Assembly: GCF_006345805.1 (NCBI RefSeq)
Contig: NC_043001.1
Location: forward strand, 62,000,001 to 62,064,000
Source of the DNA: Octopus sinensis
Taxonomy: Eukaryota
Direction: 5' to 3'
DNA length: 64,000 nucleotides
Of this stretch, positions 12,647 through 25,835 are shown in pieces; positions within the stretch are counted from its first letter, which is position 1; each line of letters begins with the position of its first letter. The notes under the pieces are model-generated. The model was not told where the DNA came from, searched no databases, and saw nothing but the letters and a program-made list of their open reading frames with translations. Both the position numbers and the translations under genes were made by a program.

Positions 12647-14262
12647 TCATCATCATTGTCATCGTTGTCGTTCAATGTCCGTTTTCTATGCTGGTATGGG
12701 TTGGACGTTTTGATATGGAGCTGTCTAACAGGGAGATGTCCAAACTCCAATTGTTTGTTGAGGCATGGTTCTATGGCTGGACACCCATCCTAATACCAAC
12801 CATTTAACATAGTGTTCTGGGCACTTTTTATATGTCACTGGCACAAATGCATTTATGCAGCACCAGCACAGATGCCTTTATGCAGAACCAGCACAGGTGC
12901 TTTTTATGTGGCACCAGCACCTGAAGGGACAAGCCTGTATGTGTGGAAGACAGTGATTTTGCTTAGCTTGAAGCATTTTATCAAGTACAGCAAATCACCA
13001 CATCTCCCGATCCCTTGTCATTTCCTCAGTGAAGCCCAGCATCCAAAGATCCTTTCTCACCACTTTGTCCCACATCTTGCTGGGTCTACCCTTTCAACAA
13101 ATACCCTCCACAATTATAGCTTGGCACTTCTTTACGCAGCTGTCCTCAACTATACACATGACATAACCAAACCAGTGCAGTCGTCTCTCTTCCACACAAA
13201 ATCTGATGCTTCTTATACCCAGTTTTCCTCTTAAATCATTTAAACTTTGTCATGCATGCACACTGACATTACCCATTCAGTGGAGCATACTAGCATCATT
13301 TCTTTCAAGCCTTCTGTTATCAAGGCCCATGTTTCACTGCCATGTAACGTAGCTGTATGTACACAGGCATCATATACTCTGCCTTTCATTCTGAGAGAGA
13401 AGCCCTCAGAACTTTGCCCAGTCCATTCTTTTCCTAGCAACTACACTTTCCGAACTTCCTCTTCCAATGCTAACTTGGTCTCTTAGGTAACAGAAGCTAT
13501 CTACTGCTTCTAATGATCACTCAAACATTTGGGGTAGCCTGCTGTCTGTGGATATACCTGCACATTTGCCACACACAAAGACTATATGCTCCATTAATCT
13601 TCCTGTGATACTGCTACACTTCTTATGTGTCCAAATCGGAGTTTCTACCAACACCCTTCTTACATAGTGAGCAGAGTCATCTCCCAGAAGGGACTTGTAA
13701 TTTGTCTGTTTTCCTACTTACTAAGATTTTGGCTTTTGCTAAATTAACTATGAAGCCCTTTAATTCCAGGCCTTGTTTCCACACCTGAAATTTCTTCTCC
13801 ACGTCAAGTAGTGATTCAGCTACAAGAACAAGGTCATCAGCATAGAGGAGCTACCTGGGACTTGGATTCTTTTGTTAATATCTGGAGAACTAAGGTAAAT
13901 GGGGGTGAGGTGCTGAGAATTGGGTTTTGGTGGACCCTTACCTGTACACTGAATTCATTGCTATACTCATTGTCAATCTTCACCTTACTGGCAGCATCCC
14001 TGTACATGTCATGTCCCACTCTCACTAATCACTCATCTATCTCTAGCTTCCGCATTGACCACCAAATAAGGGAGTGGGGGACCCTGTCAAAGGGTTTCTT
14101 CATGTCAACAAAAGTCAAGTACAGTGGTTCATTTTTGACTAAATACTTCTCTTTTAGTTGCCTAACCAGGAATATAGCATCAGTCATGCTCCTGCCTGTC
14201 ACAAATCCAAACTGCATCTCATCTACACTAGCTCTCTTCCTAATTAATTGAGCTATGACCCA
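12647..14262 (-). mobile_element. 5'-truncated degenerate RTE LINE with 3' UTR
   Basis: MQFGFVTGRSMTDAIFLVRQL, KPFDRVP, SLRMKGRVYDACV; remnant Cys finger near 13560-13690; (GAT)n tail near 12650. Confidence 0.85.
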
Positions 14263-14289
14263 GATAGTTTATATATATAATATATATAA

Positions 14290-16112
14290 TGCTATACAGC
14301 ACCCACACCCAGTGGAGGCAGCAAGTATAATATGAAATGTGGGAGATTAAATGCAAGGACAACTGTTATGACATGTCTGTTGGCAAAAGCCCTTTAGAAC
14401 CTTCTTCAAGTGCTGAAAACTGCAGTTCCCTTGCCTCATGTTACCTCCTGCCTCCCCATATATTCTCTCAGACTTTGAACTGTCAATGTAGGCACATTGA
14501 AAGGTATGTCCATTGAGATTGTTGAGATGCTTGAACAGAGATGTGTTGATGTGGCAGGGATGGCAAAGGTATAAACTCATCTGAGAGGGTAACAGTGATG
14601 GGAGTAGGTGTGTACATACTTCTAGCAGAGAAATGGTTCAATAAGGTGACTGAGATAGACAGAGTATGTGATAGAGTACTCAAACCTCGGCTAGTTTTAC
14701 AGTTGCACAGCAACAATCATCTTTGCCACATGAACAAAAGGACCCCTTTTATGACATTCTTCTGCAGGCTATCTCAAATTACAGTGACCTCATCTTCATG
14801 GCTGGTGATTTCAACAGATACATCAGGCAACACCCAGGAATTGGTTCCCAAAATGAGTTGGAGTTCTGTGATGTGAATGACCTAATGATCTGCAACAGCA
14901 ACTTCAGGAAACTAGCCTGTCACCTGATAACCTATAAATCCAGTAACCATGCTAGCCAGAGTGACTACATTCTCATCAGAAAGCATGATTCACAGTTGCT
15001 CATAAATTTAAAGACCTTCCCTGGTGAAGAATGTGCCCCTTAGTGTAGATTAGTCATTAGTGACTACAGGCATGGGAGAAGGAGAATCTGCCCAGGATGG
15101 ATCCAACAGAGGGACCAGCTATCCAAATAGGCAGTAGCTTGGTAGAAATAGCCATGAACGATATCAAGATTGGGAAAGTACCTGGCCCATCAGGAATCAT
15201 TGTTGTAATGCTTTAAAAATTTGGTGGTGTGGGTTTTGGTCTCATCACCCATATAGTCAATCGGGTTGTACACGATGGAGTCATACCCAATGACTGGTGT
15301 AGCAGCACCATAGTCAACTGCTACAAAGGCAAAGGTGATGCCTTAGATACAAGCAATTACAGAGGTATCAAACATTTGGATCAGGTGATGAAAGTTATGG
15401 AGAGAGCCATAGCCCAACTAATCAGGAAGAGAGTTAAGCTAGATGGGATGTAGTTTGGTTTTGTGCCAGGGAGAAGCACCACTGATGCTATATTCTTTGG
15501 AAGGCAGCTGCAAAAGTACCGAGCCAAAAATAAATCTCTGTACTTGGCTTTTGTTGATATGGAGACAGGGTTCCCCATTCCCTTATCTAGTCATCATTGC
15601 ATAAACTAGAGATAGAGTAGTGGTTGGTGAGAGCTGTTCAAGCCATGTACAGGAATGCTGTCAGGAAGGCAAAGGTTGGCAACAAGTATAACGATAAATT
15701 CAACATACAAGTAGAAGTCCACCAAGGATCAGTCCTCAGCCTCCTCTTGTTCATCATAGTCCTCCAAGCAATAACAGAGGAATTTAAGTTAGGCTGCCCC
15801 GGATAGCTCCTTCATGCTGATGACCTTGTTCTTATAGCTGAATTACTACCAGAACTTGAAAAGACTCATCAAGCCAAGTGAAATCTTAGTTATGACCAGT
15901 GCCAGAGACATGTAAAAGGACCAGTGCCAGTGATGCATAGAAAGTATTTGCAATGCTGTTGAAGTGGTTGGTGTTAGGAAAGGCATCCAGCCTTAGATAC
16001 CAAGCCAAATTCAGACTGAATCTTGGTGCAGCTCTCCAGCTTACCAGTTCCAGTCAATCCATCTAACCCATGCCAGCATGGAAAGCAGACATTAAATGTG
16101 GATGATGATGAT
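14290..16112 (+). mobile_element. Internally deleted RTE LINE (APE + RT remnants + 3' tail)
   Basis: GVGVYILLAEKW, FMAGDFN, SDYILIRK (APE); NCYKGKGDALDTSNYRGIK, VHQGSVLSLLLF (RT); (GAT)n end near 16110. Confidence 0.8.
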
Positions 16113-16175
16113 GTCAAGTGGTGGTGAATGACAAACACAAAGACACATACACATAGATATATATATATATATATA

Positions 16176-17170
16176 TTTCTTGTGACACTTGTGAAGACCG
16201 GTTGAGGCAAGTGAAAATCAAAATCAAATCAAATCAAATCAAAATAGACAAAATAGATGAACATCAATGGAATTTGTATCTTGTGGTACCAGTGCCTGTG
16301 GCACACAAGAAATCCATCAGTGCCGTAGTCAGTGCGGTGGGCACATGACAAACACCATCCGATCGTGGCCGTTCGCCAGCCTCATCTAGCACCTGTGTCG
16401 GTGGCACATAAAAACACCATCCGAAGACCCGGCAAGACTAGTCAGGCCATAACCCATGGCCCCTACCTGGGACGTAGTCAGTCCACCTGTGCATACCTTC
16501 CTTCTTGTGACACTTGTGAAGACCTGTTGAGGCAAGTGAAAATCAAATCAAAACAAATCAAAATAGATGAACATCAATGGAATTTGTATCTTTGTGGTAC
16601 CAGTGCCGGTGGCACGTGGCACATAAGAAAACCATCCGAACGTGGCCGTAGCCAGTACCGCATCAACTGGCCTCCGTGCTGTGGGCACGTAACAAGCACC
16701 ATCCGATCGTGGCCGTTTGCCAGCCTCATCTGGCACCTGTGTCGGTGGCACATAAAAACACCATCCGAGCGTGGCCGTCTGCCAGCCTCGTCTGGCACCT
16801 GTGTCGGTGGCACATAAAAACACCATCCGAGCGTGGCCGTCTGCCAGCCTCGTCTGGCACCTGTGTCGGTGGCACATAAAAAACACCATCCGAGCGTGGC
16901 CGTCTGCCAGCCTCGTCTGGCACCTGTGTCGGTGGCACATAAAAAACACCATCCGAGCGTGGCCGTTTGTCAGCCTCGTCTGGCACCTGTGTCGGTGGCA
17001 CATAAAATCACCCACTACACTCTCGGAGTGGTTGGCGTTAGGAAGGGCATCCAGCTGTAGAAACACTGCCAGATCTGACTGGACTGGTGCAGCTTTCGGG
17101 CTCCCCAGACCCCAGTTGAACCGTCCAACCCATGCTAGCATGGAAAGCGGACGTTAAATGATGATGATGA
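16176..17170 (+). mobile_element. Young RTE 3'-UTR-derived element with ~62-bp minisatellite (~5 units) and a partial 5' duplication
   Basis: Unit CCTGTGTCGGTGGCACATAAAAACACCATCCGAGCGTGGCCGTCTGCCAGCCTCGTCTGGCA; CpG-rich; 16176-16420 duplicates part of 16503-16770; ends GGACGTTAAATGATGATGATGA. Confidence 0.85.
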
Positions 17171-17234
17171 TATATATATATATATATATATACAAGTTTC
17201 TTTCAGTTTCCATCTACCAAATACACTCACAAGG

Positions 17235-17480
17235 AGTGGAGGCATGTGACTTAGTGGTTATGGTGTTGGACTTATGATCATAAGAAGGTGGCACATTGTC
17301 GTTCTTTAGCAAAACATTTCATTTCATGTAGCTCCAGTCCACTCAGCTGGCAAAAGTGAGTAATTCTGAGATGCACCAGCATCCCGTCCAGGTGGGAAAT
17401 TTATATGCCATGGAAACTGGGAAACTGGCCCTTATGAGTGGCCATGACTCAAGAAGGTAACTTTACCTTTTTTCTTTTTT
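17235..17480 (+). mobile_element. tRNA-type SINE nested inside another SINE
   Basis: A-box-like GTGACTTAGTGG; target duplication ACTCACAA at 17225-17232 and 17481-17488; host SINE resumes after 17488. Confidence 0.7.
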
Positions 17481-18504
17481 ACTCACAAAGTTTTGTCAGC
17501 CTGAAACTTTAGTAGATGACACTTGCTCAAAATTCCATGCAATAAGACTAAACCTGGAACCATATGGATTGGGAAGCAAACTTCTTATCATACTACAAAG
17601 CTTTCAAAATTTCCAGTCAGTGGTAATCATATATAACACTATTTTGTTCTTTTTACTAATTGCCAACATTTTATGAAGCAAAACATTTCTTATGGTTGGA
17701 AAATAATTAGTCTGGAAGAAATTCATGGAATGTTGGTTGCGCCACGAGAGAAGAGAGACAAAGTTCTTAGTGTATGCAATACAGAGTTACTATTTCCCAG
17801 GGATTATGCCTTGTGAAGATGCTTTATAGAAGCCAATATTTTAGTTTTAATTACAAAATTCATTGCCTAAGCACTATAAAAATTTATCAGCTGAATTTAG
17901 TGATCATTTGTTAAACTGGAATATATTATTATTTCAATTTAATATCTATAATAGGAATGAGTTCCTTAAGAGTTAAACTGGCTAAAATGAATGGTCAGAG
18001 CAACATATTTTAAAAAATCAAAACACAAAGATCATTCTAATATTTCAAAATTTAATTCTTTAGTTCTACAGCTGTTTCTACAGTTAAAATACAAATATCA
18101 CCATCCATATAACCTTTACATAATATAATATAGTGAAATGCATAATTAATTTGAATGAGATGAGTAAAGCAATTCATCAGGAAATAAAATTGAAGAATGA
18201 AAATCAAAATACCTTTGCTATTTCAAATATGATTCAGAGAAACATACACACGCATGCATGTGCATGCACACACACACACACACACACACAGAAGCTTCTA
18301 AGCAGTTTCAGTTTACCAATTTCACTCATATGGCATTCATTACCTGTAAGATCTGTTTCAGTGACTTATGGTCAGAGCAGCAACTGGTGAACCAAGCCAT
18401 TATTGAAGTCATCCAAGAGTACAAAACAAAATTTAGTAAGGACTGAGTTGATTACTGAGAGGTATTTGATAATTTACCACAGTCTTAGCAGTAAGGTAAA
18501 GGGG

Positions 18505-18843
18505 GTAAAGACCCCCTTCGGTCATGAATGACCATGGGATTGCACCTAGAAAGTTACCCTCCTAGACACAAGTCTGGGCAAGGTTGTTTATGGAAGGCCA
18601 GCAGTCGCCCATGCATACCGGCCTCCCCTCTCCACGCCACCAGTGTTATCCAAGGGAAAGACAAAGGTCGATACAGCTTGGCACATGTGACGTCGCAACT
18701 CATTTCTACAGCTGAGTGAACTGGAGCAACGCGAAATAAAGTGCCTTGCTCGAGAACATAACACGCAGCCCGGTCCGGGATTCGAGCTCACAACCTCATG
18801 ATCGTAAGCTCGACGCTCTAACCACTGAGCCATGCGCCTTCAC
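18505..18843 (-). mobile_element. tRNA-derived SINE, young copy
   Basis: Minus: GGCGCATGGCTCAGTGGTTAGAGCGTCGAGCTTACGATCATGAGGTTGTGAGCTCGAATCCCGG; A and B boxes; CpGs retained. Confidence 0.85.
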
Positions 18844-20592
18844 AGTATACTGCCAAATAAAGTGTTCACACTGATAAAGCAGCTGCAGTACTAAACCTCT
18901 CATCCTTGCCATCAAAGAGAGAAGATGGAGAAACTGTCAAAGGACAAAGATCTTGAAATTAAAATAAGGAGGATGTGGGACATGAAAATAATAACTTGAA
19001 ATATAAACATGATAAAAAAAGGGGGGTAAAAAAGACATACAAATTCTATCAAGGCTCACATCACAAGCCAAACAAATTTTGCTAGGTGCAGCCCTAATCC
19101 TATACAAGACACTTTCAATACATACCATAGTACAATTCAAACAATACATTCACCATATACAACACAATCAACTTCCAACAAAATAGTACATTCCACATAC
19201 CTGATACTGTTATAGCCACAACTTAAGTTCTACATAGTTGCCACCCATTTGTACAGCTCAAACCATACATCCTACACAATCTCTATCCAACACTAAAACA
19301 CCTAAAACTGCTGACAACAACGATAGCAAAAAGGAGGAGGAGAAGTTTTTTTAATTACTGATTTGAGGAAAATGGCTTGTAAGTTCACCAACCATAAATA
19401 CAGATGTTATTTATTTATATATTTTATTTTTCCAAGAAACATTTGTGAAATAAAACATTAAATAGAAAAAAATTACTGACTAAAGAAAATTCTTGTATAA
19501 TTGTTGTCAAAACTATTGTTGCAGATTAAGGTAAATCGGCAGATGGCACTTTACCAAAGAATTTCTGATTTCTGTCAGAGAAAATCAGATTGATTGGTCA
19601 ATAAGGTTCTTTGCCATGTACCAGAAAATACTTAGAATGTCGAAGCTGAGGCAATTATAAACCAAGACACTTACAGAGAGAGAGAGAGTAGGGGTGCAGA
19701 AAAAGAGAATGTGAGATTTGTATAAAAGAGCCTTTCAAGGTATAGCTGTTCCAATCTGTTATATTCTGTCTTCCACAAAGTTCATTGAAAGTAGCAAGCC
19801 AAGAGATGGAGTACTGCCAAAATCATATTAATTATGAATAGAATGAGCAATTTGTAACTGACTTGATAATATCTAACTTTTCTTTCTAAGCTTGCTTTTA
19901 CTGGCAAAGCCATACTGCCAGAAGGTATTGTCCTGCAGGAAGTGCCATTCTTTGTCATATAGTTGCTTCTTTTCTTAGTTCATTCTGTTTGGCACTGAAA
20001 TTCCCTTTATCCTTTCCATTATTTCCTGACTCTTTATAACTGCTAATCTACATTTATTCCACTTGCATTATTTTTACTAACCTTTGTTGCTCAATCTCAG
20101 CGGATTCATCAAGGCTGCATTGCCCTTGTCTTTAACTTCATTCTTTAGCACACACTCTCTCACTTAGTTTGTCCATGTATTACGTACACATACATAATGG
20201 TCTTACTGCCTGATTCACCTTTTTTACAAAGAAATATAGGACCCATATTTTCAACCATTTCCCCTTCTTATTAACCTATTTCTCTCACATTCAATAACTC
20301 TTTCTCTTTCCCATTTTCTTCATTTCTTTCTCACACAAATACTCTCTCACTCTCTTTGTGGCTCCCTTTCTTTCTCTCTCACTCTCTTTTTCTTTGTGTC
20401 TCCCTTTCTCTCTCTGGAACAATTTCATATACTAGAGATACAAAGAGACCTCCCTTCTTAACCCCTTCTTTTATCTCCCCCCATTACTCTTTCTCTCCCT
20501 TTATCTATATTCCTCTCCCTCTTTGTACAAAGATCATCTTGTTAATATCTCATGACCAAGCTAATTTGATTACAGTACACAATAACAATAAA

Positions 20593-22900
20593 GATTTCTT
20601 TATTAGCCACAAGGGCTCAAAGAAAAACAAAGGCAATAACAAAATGACAAACAGAATGAGGGGTTTGCATAGGTTGTGTAAAAATAAACCACTAGCAAAA
20701 TTAATAAATAATGAGCAAGTGCCTCTCTAATCCATTTTCTTAGACTTTACTAGCAAATTCAAAGTAGGCCCATTCTCTTACCCAATGTTCACTATTCTTA
20801 GCCACCTTTCAACAAATTTACTTGGAAGAAGCACCTCTCTTTCTACTTTTACTTTCCTTGAAAAAGTTAATGAGGGTCTAGCTGCAAAAAGAAGTTTGCA
20901 GTCTTTTTAGTTTCACTCACCACACAGTCTTTTTCACCATGGCCCAACAGGGAAATTCTCTGCTCTTCCTGGCCAAAGGAGAGCATTGGGATAATTGCTG
21001 CAATGAACTCAGATGATAGCCAGATCCACCCTCTTCAACAAAACTCCACATACCAGCAATGCTTAGGCACTCAACAAGTTCATACAGAATGAGTTCATTA
21101 TTCTGCATGCATCTTGGACAGGCCCAGCTGATGACACTTCCATGCTTGTACAGTTTGTCCCAAACTGGCAATACACCCTGATAGCATTACCAGGTTAGGG
21201 ATTTTTGGAAATTGACCGTAGTTCCTTGGCCAGAAGTTCTCTGAAACAGATCAGCTAATTGATTCTCATTGATGCCTTGAGTTTTCTCAAGAACATTGTC
21301 ACTCTTCCCTACCACTAGTCCTTTATAGAATACATTACCCAACAAGTGGAGAGCTATGAGCACTTGACATCATTCCAGATGCAAGATATGTAGTTTTATC
21401 TCTGCTTGACATGGGAGTGCAGCTCTATCAAAAGTACATACTGAGGAAAAATGTACCTTACAAAATGTGACCACACCTGTGCACCATTTAGGAATATATT
21501 AGAGCCTTAATGCGTAACTGTGCTTTAGCAGCTACAGCATGCTGAGCCCTCCGTGAAGAGGATGGTGACAGTAGATGGACATTTTGACCAGTGAAACATT
21601 CTACTTTTACAAGAAGCACAAGTGCAGACACTATGATCTAATGAAAACTAGGACAAGATATAACAATCAGGCAGTTATATATAATGAAGGCAACAGTAGT
21701 GTTTGCCTCTTATGCCCCACTTTACATTTCTGGATGAGATTAGTTATCTTGCTCATTACCTAGTCCTAGTTCCTATCCACCTGGAGTTTTGTACTGAACC
21801 AGACCTCAAGCATTTTAACAGGACCGTAAGTTCAATGCTCCACGGTGCTGTGTGATGGTATGGACTAACCTCTCCAGGTGCTAAAGTGCAAGCCCAGTGA
21901 TTTATCCCATTTAACTTTTACTCTACACAGTCCTGTATTCTTTTAGAGTAGTGCTGGCTACCTGATTTTCATGGCATTCACCACTATGATAATGACATCA
22001 TCCACATCTCAGTTCAAGTGAGATGCCCTTCGACAACTCCAGTTTCCTCAGTAGTGATTCAAGAGTTAATACAGAAGAGATAAAAGAGGATACCATTGAC
22101 AGACTGACTAAAACAGTTCCAAAAGGGGGATATGTATTGTGACCACTGATCCAACACTACTGTGAATTAACATGATCCAACTTCTGGTAATGGGTCTGAA
22201 GCCAGTTGCTTTGAGGATAGCCACCAAGTAATGGTGGTCAACCCTATCAAAGCTTCAAAGCTTTTAATTGACTCCAGTTGTTCAGAGTCCCACTGAAGTC
22301 AGGTTTACCACTTATACTCTCTTTGATGTATTGCATCAGGTGAAAGTTGTTATGGAAAAATCTGGTTGGGATAGCACATGCCTGCAATTTCTCAGCAAGC
22401 ATGAACCTCTTTGGCCAAAATCTTAACCTCAGCAAGCGTGAATCTCTTTGGCCAAAATTTTAAACTATGCTTTTAGCAAAATTATGGACCAAAAATTATG
22501 TATTACATGTCTTCTCCAACAGCACCCTTGCTCCTCAGCTTACAAAACTGAAAATTTTCCTGTTCTATTGCATGTCACAGTAAACATCTAAAACATCTAC
22601 CTAGACAGTGGTGAATAAGCCTGACATGCATGTATAAACCTCATAGGGGCAGACTACCAAACCAGCAAACCAGGCAATTTATACCTTGTACAACCACTTA
22701 TCTCATTCTGTGTCTCAACTACTGTTATCAGCTTTTCATGGCCCTCTGTATCCTCCATTAAAAGTCTTGGCAGGCTGTCAAAGTGAGTACTAAAGTCCAT
22801 CCCTGTCTCTGTCTCACTATTCACTCCAAGTTTTTGAGCAAAGTGCCACTAGAAAAACTTTACACATCTACTTGTGATCAAGTTGCATGACCCAGTTGTG
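20593..22900 (-). mobile_element. Old 5'-truncated L1/Tx1-like LINE
   Basis: zf-RVT-like PVWDKLYKHG..ACPRC..E.I; 3' end AATAAAGAAATC followed by (TTA/TTG)n, like the element ending at 43045; heavily degenerate; 5' limit uncertain. Confidence 0.6.
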
Positions 22901-25520
22901 CTTAGATGCCATGCTCCGTATTTTCCACCTGGGCCTATAAAATGACTTTTGCTTCTTCATGTCTTAGAGTGTGTGCCTTAACTCTGACAATGCAACTTTA
23001 TTCTTTTGCATTGAAGAAATGGTCAAGAGCTATTCTCTCCACTAACACAACAGTCACAATGTCTTTCCTAATTGCCTCATCTAATTTATTAATTCTTATC
23101 TTCAACTTCTGCAACAATATTTTTTCTAAAACCTACTTCTTCTACTCTAATTACCCTCTTCAGAATATCTCACCACTATTTGTTTGTCTGAATGGACAGC
23201 TAGACGGATGAATAGGCAAATGGGCAGATGGATGGGACAGGTGGACAGACAAACTAATTGTCCTTTCTCACCCCCAGCTGCTACACTATATCCATTCCAA
23301 TCATTCTTCTATGAAAACTGAAGTTTTGCAGAATAACTTTATGACTGTATTTGTCGCACAAATATGATGTGCAGAAGTTTAACCCTTTTATTACCCAAAA
23401 CTTAAAACCTCATATTGTAACTTTATGTAACACTTTTTGCTAAGCTATATTCCAAATGATAGCTATGTATAATGAAAAAGTTGTTTTCTTTTTGCTGATT
23501 GATTAATGAATGAGCTAATTTATGTAGTTGCTCAACCTGCTACAAAAAGCAACCAAAGTTGTTTTACATCACAATTTATAAAAGTAAAAGGAAGGACACA
23601 TATGATAAATTCTGAATACTATGTCTGAGCAAAAAAAAAAGATGGTTATATATTCATGATTCTACAAGGGTTGAGCTGGAGCATTTATTTTTGAAGGATT
23701 AGTCACAGGAGGAAGGACAGTATCTATTCACTTTTTTCAATGTCCCTTAAGGAGTAGGAGAGAAACCTTGTTATCCTCAAGTTGAAAAACAAGTTCTAAT
23801 ATTTGCACTAAAATGGACTTGGCTATATGCATTAACGAGTCAGCCACAGGGCAATAGATTATGTCTTTCAATCAAATAACAACTAATTAATAAAACACAC
23901 ATCAAAATGATAAAAAAAAATACAAAAATAGTAGTACATCCCACTTAAGAAATAACATGTACCATCATTATCATTATAACGATCATTGTCATATGTAGGA
24001 TAAGCAAGATGGTCATTTTTTTTTTTTTTTTTTTTTTTGATGGTAGCATCAATGACTTTTCAGACATCAGGAAGAAGTATTGGCTTGTCTTGAAGTTTAA
24101 ACAACAGCAAGTATAAACTTAGTAATTCAGATTTGCAAGTATCATGATCAAATCACTTAGAAGTAGGTAAACAAATCTTAAGCCGATTTTTCACTTTGTT
24201 GCATTTTATTCTTTATTTTGTTAACTCCATTATTGTAACCCTTTTTTTGTATTATTCTTGAAAAGAAATTTGTTTTCCTAGTCATTATTTTTATTGTTTC
24301 TTCCTTAACATTATTCACTTCTTTATACTAATTTGTTTTTCCTTTTTGTCTCTTTTTCTTTGTTTATTTATTTATTTGGATGAGGAACTTTAGTTTCAAA
24401 CTTTCATCAAAGAATGTGGGAAATAGACAATAAAGTAAAGGGTTGATGTGGAGAAAATAAAGCTTATATAAATACATTTTTGTGTGTGCATGCATGCGTG
24501 TATGTACTGCTTGCTGTTGTGGTCATTTCAGGGGAAATTTCTTTTTGCCTATATCTGAAGTATGTTGTGTTTTCTAACACTATGCACCTTTAACCCTTTA
24601 GCACTTAAACCAGCCATATCTATCCAAAATATTCTACCTTTTTATGTTCATATTGGCCAAATCCAGCTTCTCACACCTACCCTACAATGTCAGACCAAAA
24701 TTTTAACTACTGTATCATTAGAATCTGAAAATTATAAGATAATGCATGATTAAAAGAAAAAAATGTGAATAAATAAGAATTACATTTAACAGATTAAATG
24801 GAGTTTTTCTTGGACAATGAACCACAGCTTCTGGCATTTAAACAATAGATGTACATTAACTTGGTAGTATTGATAATATTTACACTATAGAACTGCTTCT
24901 ATTGCATAATCTGAATTTTTATGTACATGTATGTATGAGCAATAATATATGTCTATGTATTTGTTATGCACTTTTTTTCTTTTACTAGATTTTATCTCCA
25001 GTCAGGATTTTGTTCTGTTTAATAGGCAGACTATTTTTTAAAAAATATGCACTCATACAAGTGCCACATAAAAAGCCATCCATGTTGGTGTCACGTAAAT
25101 GGCACCCATACCAGTGCCACATGATAAGCACCCAGTACACTCTGTAAAGTGGTTAGCATTAGGAAGAGCATTCAGCCATAGAAATCATGCCAAAACAGAC
25201 ATTTGGTGCCTGGTGCAGCTCCCCAGCTGGTCAGCTCCTGTCAAATCATTCAACCCATGCCAGCATGGAAAACAGACATTAAGTAATGATGATGATGTAT
25301 TTTTCACATGACCCTCCAATTTTATTTTTTATCAAATATTTCAAAATGTATTTCACTCTATATAAAGAACCGAGCTACCAAAATTGGAGTCAGTTATTGT
25401 AATTTCCACCAATTAAATTAAATAAAAAAAGTATATATACTCATTTATTACACACATGTGAGTGAGAACACTTTGAGATATTTTTGGTATCTAACATATG
25501 TCAGATACTGCGAGCGCTGC

Positions 25521-25532
25521 TTCTGATTGGTC
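25521..25532 (+). promoter_or_regulatory. Inverted CCAAT box (TTCTGATTGG) in the Crypton 5' end
   Basis: ATTGG at 25526-25530, ~300 bp upstream of the ATG, in a CpG-containing segment. Confidence 0.4.
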
Positions 25533-25741
25533 AATCCATGGTGATGACCCGAGGTCACGGTGACGGCACTACTTTTTGTCATTCATAAGTTACAACTAAA
25601 CTTTCACGAGCCGGTAGAATGTAGCCATATATTTAAACAAACATACTATCTTTTTTATACCAGATATCACTTAAAGTCATATACACATAAAATATAAACA
25701 TTTCTGGTCGTAATTCAATTTTTTGTTGCCAAAAAAATCAC

Positions 25742-25817
25742 AACATATATCGTCTGCTCGTTGATACTGTTGCAGTGCAAACATATATCGTCTGCTCGTC
25801 GATACTGTTGCAGTGCA
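25742..25817. repeat. 38-bp direct repeat x2 just upstream of the YR ATG
   Basis: AACATATATCGTCTGCTCGT(T/C)GATACTGTTGCAGTGCA twice, 1 mismatch. Confidence 0.9.
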
Positions 25818-25835
25818 GGTAGATCTATCAACAAG

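Noticed and set aside
16600-17010. CRISPR-like regular repeats (also 8880-9150, 63500-63730)
   Set aside because: Units are contiguous with no unique spacers, lie in a LINE 3' UTR, and there are no cas genes; eukaryotic context
16548-17141. ORFs with repeated MCHRHRCQTRLADGHARMV (also 8744-9181)
   Set aside because: Translation of the antisense minisatellite, open in several frames; not a real protein
18770-18843. tRNA-Arg(ACG)-like gene (also ~8115-8188)
   Set aside because: No proper acceptor stem or terminator, and it continues into a shared SINE body
24590-24800. TTAACCCTTTAGCA piggyBac-like MITE end (also 23380)
   Set aside because: No matching right-hand TIR found
25761-25835. N-terminal extension of the 547-aa ORF
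   Set aside because: Starts at TTG within a 38-bp tandem duplication; the first ATG in good context is 25836
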